Assembly (NCBI RefSeq): GCF_963921235.1
Contig: NC_086108.1
Coordinates: 108,254,001-108,318,000 of the forward strand
Direction of reading: 5' to 3'
Length of the DNA stretch: 64,000 nt
Source of the DNA: Mobula hypostoma
Taxonomy: Eukaryota
This document shows, piece after piece, positions 61,230-64,000 of this stretch. The notes below the pieces were generated by a model. The model saw only the letters and a list, made by a program, of their open reading frames with translations, searched no databases and was not told where the DNA came from. The position numbers and the translations under genes are program-made. Position 1 is the stretch's first letter, and each line of letters opens with the position of its first letter.

Positions 61230-63682
61230 GCAGCTAATAGTGCTGAAGGTGAGGTAGCTGGCTTACAAACAGAGGCACTGTGTAGTGAGGGGAGGCTGTT
61301 GATAGGGCAATATTGCGGTCAACAGGATCAGTTACAATCTAAAAAGTGGACAAAATCAAAAAGGGTGAATATAGGAATTAAGGTGTTTAATCTAAATGTG
61401 CTCAGTATTTGTAATAAGGTAGATGAACTTGCAGCACAGTTGCAAATGGGCAGGTATGATCCTGTAGGCATCACTGAATCATGGCTGAAAGAAGATTACA
61501 GCTGGGAGCTTAATGTCCAAGGATACATATTGTCTGAAAAGGACAGGCAGGAAGGCAGTGAGGGCAGTGTAGCTCTGTTGGTAAAAACTGAAATCAGATC
61601 ATTAAGGAGAGGTGACATAGGGTCAGAAGGTGTTGAATCATTGTTGATAAAGCTAAGGAACTACCAGGTTAAAAAGACCCAGATAGGGACTCCCAACCTG
61701 TAATAAGAATGTGGCCAACAAATTACAACAGGGAATAGAAGATGTATGCCAGAAGGGCGGTGTTACAATCTTTAATTTGCAGGTAGATTGGGAAAAAAAA
61801 TCAGGTTGATGCTGGATTGCAGGATGACAAATTTCTCGGGTGCCTTCAAGATGACTTTTTAGAACAGCTGATGGTTGAGCCCAGTACAGGATCAGCTATT
61901 TTAGATTGGGTGTTGTGCAATGAACTAGAATGGATTTGAGATCTTAAGATAAAAGAAAACCAAGGGGAAGTGATCATAATATGATCAAATTCACCCTGAA
62001 ATTTGAAAAGGAGAAGCTAAGGTCAGATGCATCAGTATTACAGTGCAGTAAAGGGAATTACAGAGACATGAGAGAGGAGTTGGCCAGAATTCACTGGAAA
62101 AAAACACTGACAGGGATGATAGTAAAGCAGAAATGGCTGGAATTTCTGGAAGGAATTCAGAAGGCACAGGATATATACATCCCAAAGAGGAAGAAGTATT
62201 CTAAAGAAAGATGACACAATCATGTCTAACAAGAAAAGTCAAAGCCAACATAAAAGCCAAAGAAAGGGCATATAGAGCAATATTTATTGGGAAGTTAGAG
62301 GATTGGAAATCTTTTAAAAATCAACAGAAGGCAACTAAAAAAGTCATTAAGGTAAAAATGGAATACAAAAGTAAGCTGGCCAACAATACTAAAGAGGATA
62401 CCAAAAGTTTCTTCAGATACATAAAGTGTAAAAGAGAGGTGAAAGCAGATATCGGACCGCTGGAAAACAATGCTGGAGAGTTAGTAATGTGGGGGGGGGG
62501 GGGCGGACATTGGAGTGGGAGACAAACTGAATAAGTATTTTGCATCAGTCTTCACTGTGGAAGACACTAGCCGTAGGGTGTAAGTTCCAGGTGTCAGGGG
62601 TCATGAAGTGTGTGAAGTTACCATAACAAGATAGAATGTTCTTGGGAAACTGAAAGGTCTGAAATTAAATAAGTCGTCTGGACCCAATAGTGTACAACCC
62701 AGGGTTCAGAAAGAAGTGGCTGAAGAGATTGTGGAGGCATTAGTAATGATCTTTCAAGAATCACTAGATTCTGGAATGGTTCTGGAGGACTGGAAAATTG
62801 CAAATGTCACTCCACTCTTCAAGAGGGGAGAGAGAAAGAAGGAAGGAACCTATAGGCCAGTTAGTCTGACCTCAGTGGTTGGGAAGTTGTTGGAGTGGAT
62901 TATTAAGGATGAGGTCTCAGGTTACTTGGAGGCACATGACAAAATCAGCGATAGTCAGTCTTCAAAGGAAAATCTTGCCTGACAGATCCGTTGGAATTCT
63001 TCGAAAGCGTAATTACCACAGGATAGACAAAAGAGAATCAGCTGATATTGTGTGCATGGATTTTCAGAAGGACTTTGACAAGATACCATACTGCTTAACA
63101 AGCTACGAGCCCATGGTGTTACAGGAAAGACTCTAGAATGGATAAAGCAGTGACTGATTGGCAGGAGACAGAGTGGGAATAAAGATAGACAAGTGGTGTT
63201 CCACAGGGGTCTCTGTTGGGACAGATTCATTTTACATTATATGTCAATGATTTGGATAATGGAATTGATGGCTTTGTTGCAAAATTTGCAGACGATATGA
63301 AGATAGGTGGAGGGGCCGTAGTTTTGAGAAATTAGAGGCTACAGAAGGACTTAGATTAGGAGAATGGGCAAAGAAGTGGCAGATGATCATGCAATTTGGC
63401 ACAAGAAATAAAAGGGTTGACCATTTTCTAAATGGAGCGAAAATACAAAAACTGACGTGCAATAGGACTTGGGAGTCTTCATGCAGGATTCCGTGGAGGC
63501 AATTTGGCACAAGAAATAAAAGGGTTGATCATTTTCTAAATGGAGTGAAAATACAAAAACTGACGTGCAATGGGACTTGGGAGTCTTCATGCGGGATTCC
63601 GTGGAGGTTAATTTGCAGGTTGAGTCTGTGGTGAGGAAGGCAAATGCAATGTTAGCATTCATTTCAAGAGGACTAGAATATA
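61230..63682 (+). mobile_element. Degenerate CR1 ORF2 (APE endonuclease and RT), interrupted by a Tc1 element
   Basis: LNVLSICNKVDEL...VGITESWL (APE); DWKIANVTPLFKRG...YRPVSLTSVVGKLLE; DFQKDFDK; 108-bp internal tandem duplication at 63391-63606. Confidence 0.88.
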
Positions 63683-64000
63683 CAGTGCCTATCAAAAGTA
63701 TTCACCCCCCCACCACCCCCCCCCGGAAGTTTTCATGTTTTTTTTGTTGTTTTACCACATTGAATCACAATGGATTTAATATGGCTTTTTCGACACAGAT
63801 TAGCAGAGAAGACTCTTTTGTGTCAAAGTGAAAACAGATCCCTACAAGGTGATCCAAATTAATTACAAATATAAAACACAAAATAAATGATTACATAAGT
63901 ATTCAGCCCCTTTAATATGACACACCAAATCATCACTGGTGCAGCCAATTGGTTTTAGAAGTGACATAATTAGTTAAACGGAGATCTGTTTTTGTAGACC
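63683..64000. mobile_element. Tc1 element terminus (IR/DR), runs off the window
   Basis: TA|CAGTGCCTATCAAAAGTATTCACCCC with inner repeat AAGTATTCAGCCCC at about 63897. Confidence 0.78.

Overview
Vertebrate genomic DNA, not prokaryotic. The CR1/V-SINE/Penelope repeat landscape suggests a cartilaginous fish, probably a ray or shark (inference). The window lies inside one + strand gene, adhesion GPCR latrophilin-2 (ADGRL2). Four coding exons can be spliced in frame: end of the rhamnose-binding lectin domain (10842-10951), a 15-nt KVEQK microexon (33256-33270), the olfactomedin domain (33858-34658) and the Ser/Thr linker plus start of the hormone-binding domain (58889-59188). The rest is intron saturated with transposons: CR1, Rex1/Babar, RTE, L1, Penelope-like elements, Gypsy, Tc1, pogo/Tigger, hAT, tRNA-derived SINEs and a 36-bp minisatellite. 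The most notable signal is about 14 minimal type-I hammerhead ribozyme motifs carried by Penelope terminal repeats. One is a consensus-perfect sense-strand copy (54073-54110) inside a 1.2-kb palindromic insertion with a 14-bp TSD. Also notable: a NAGNAG acceptor with an SRRM4-type UGC motif on the microexon, a second candidate microexon at 22714, and several well-resolved nested insertions. Repeat boundaries are approximate unless a TSD or TIR is quoted, and family names come from recalled motifs, not database searches.
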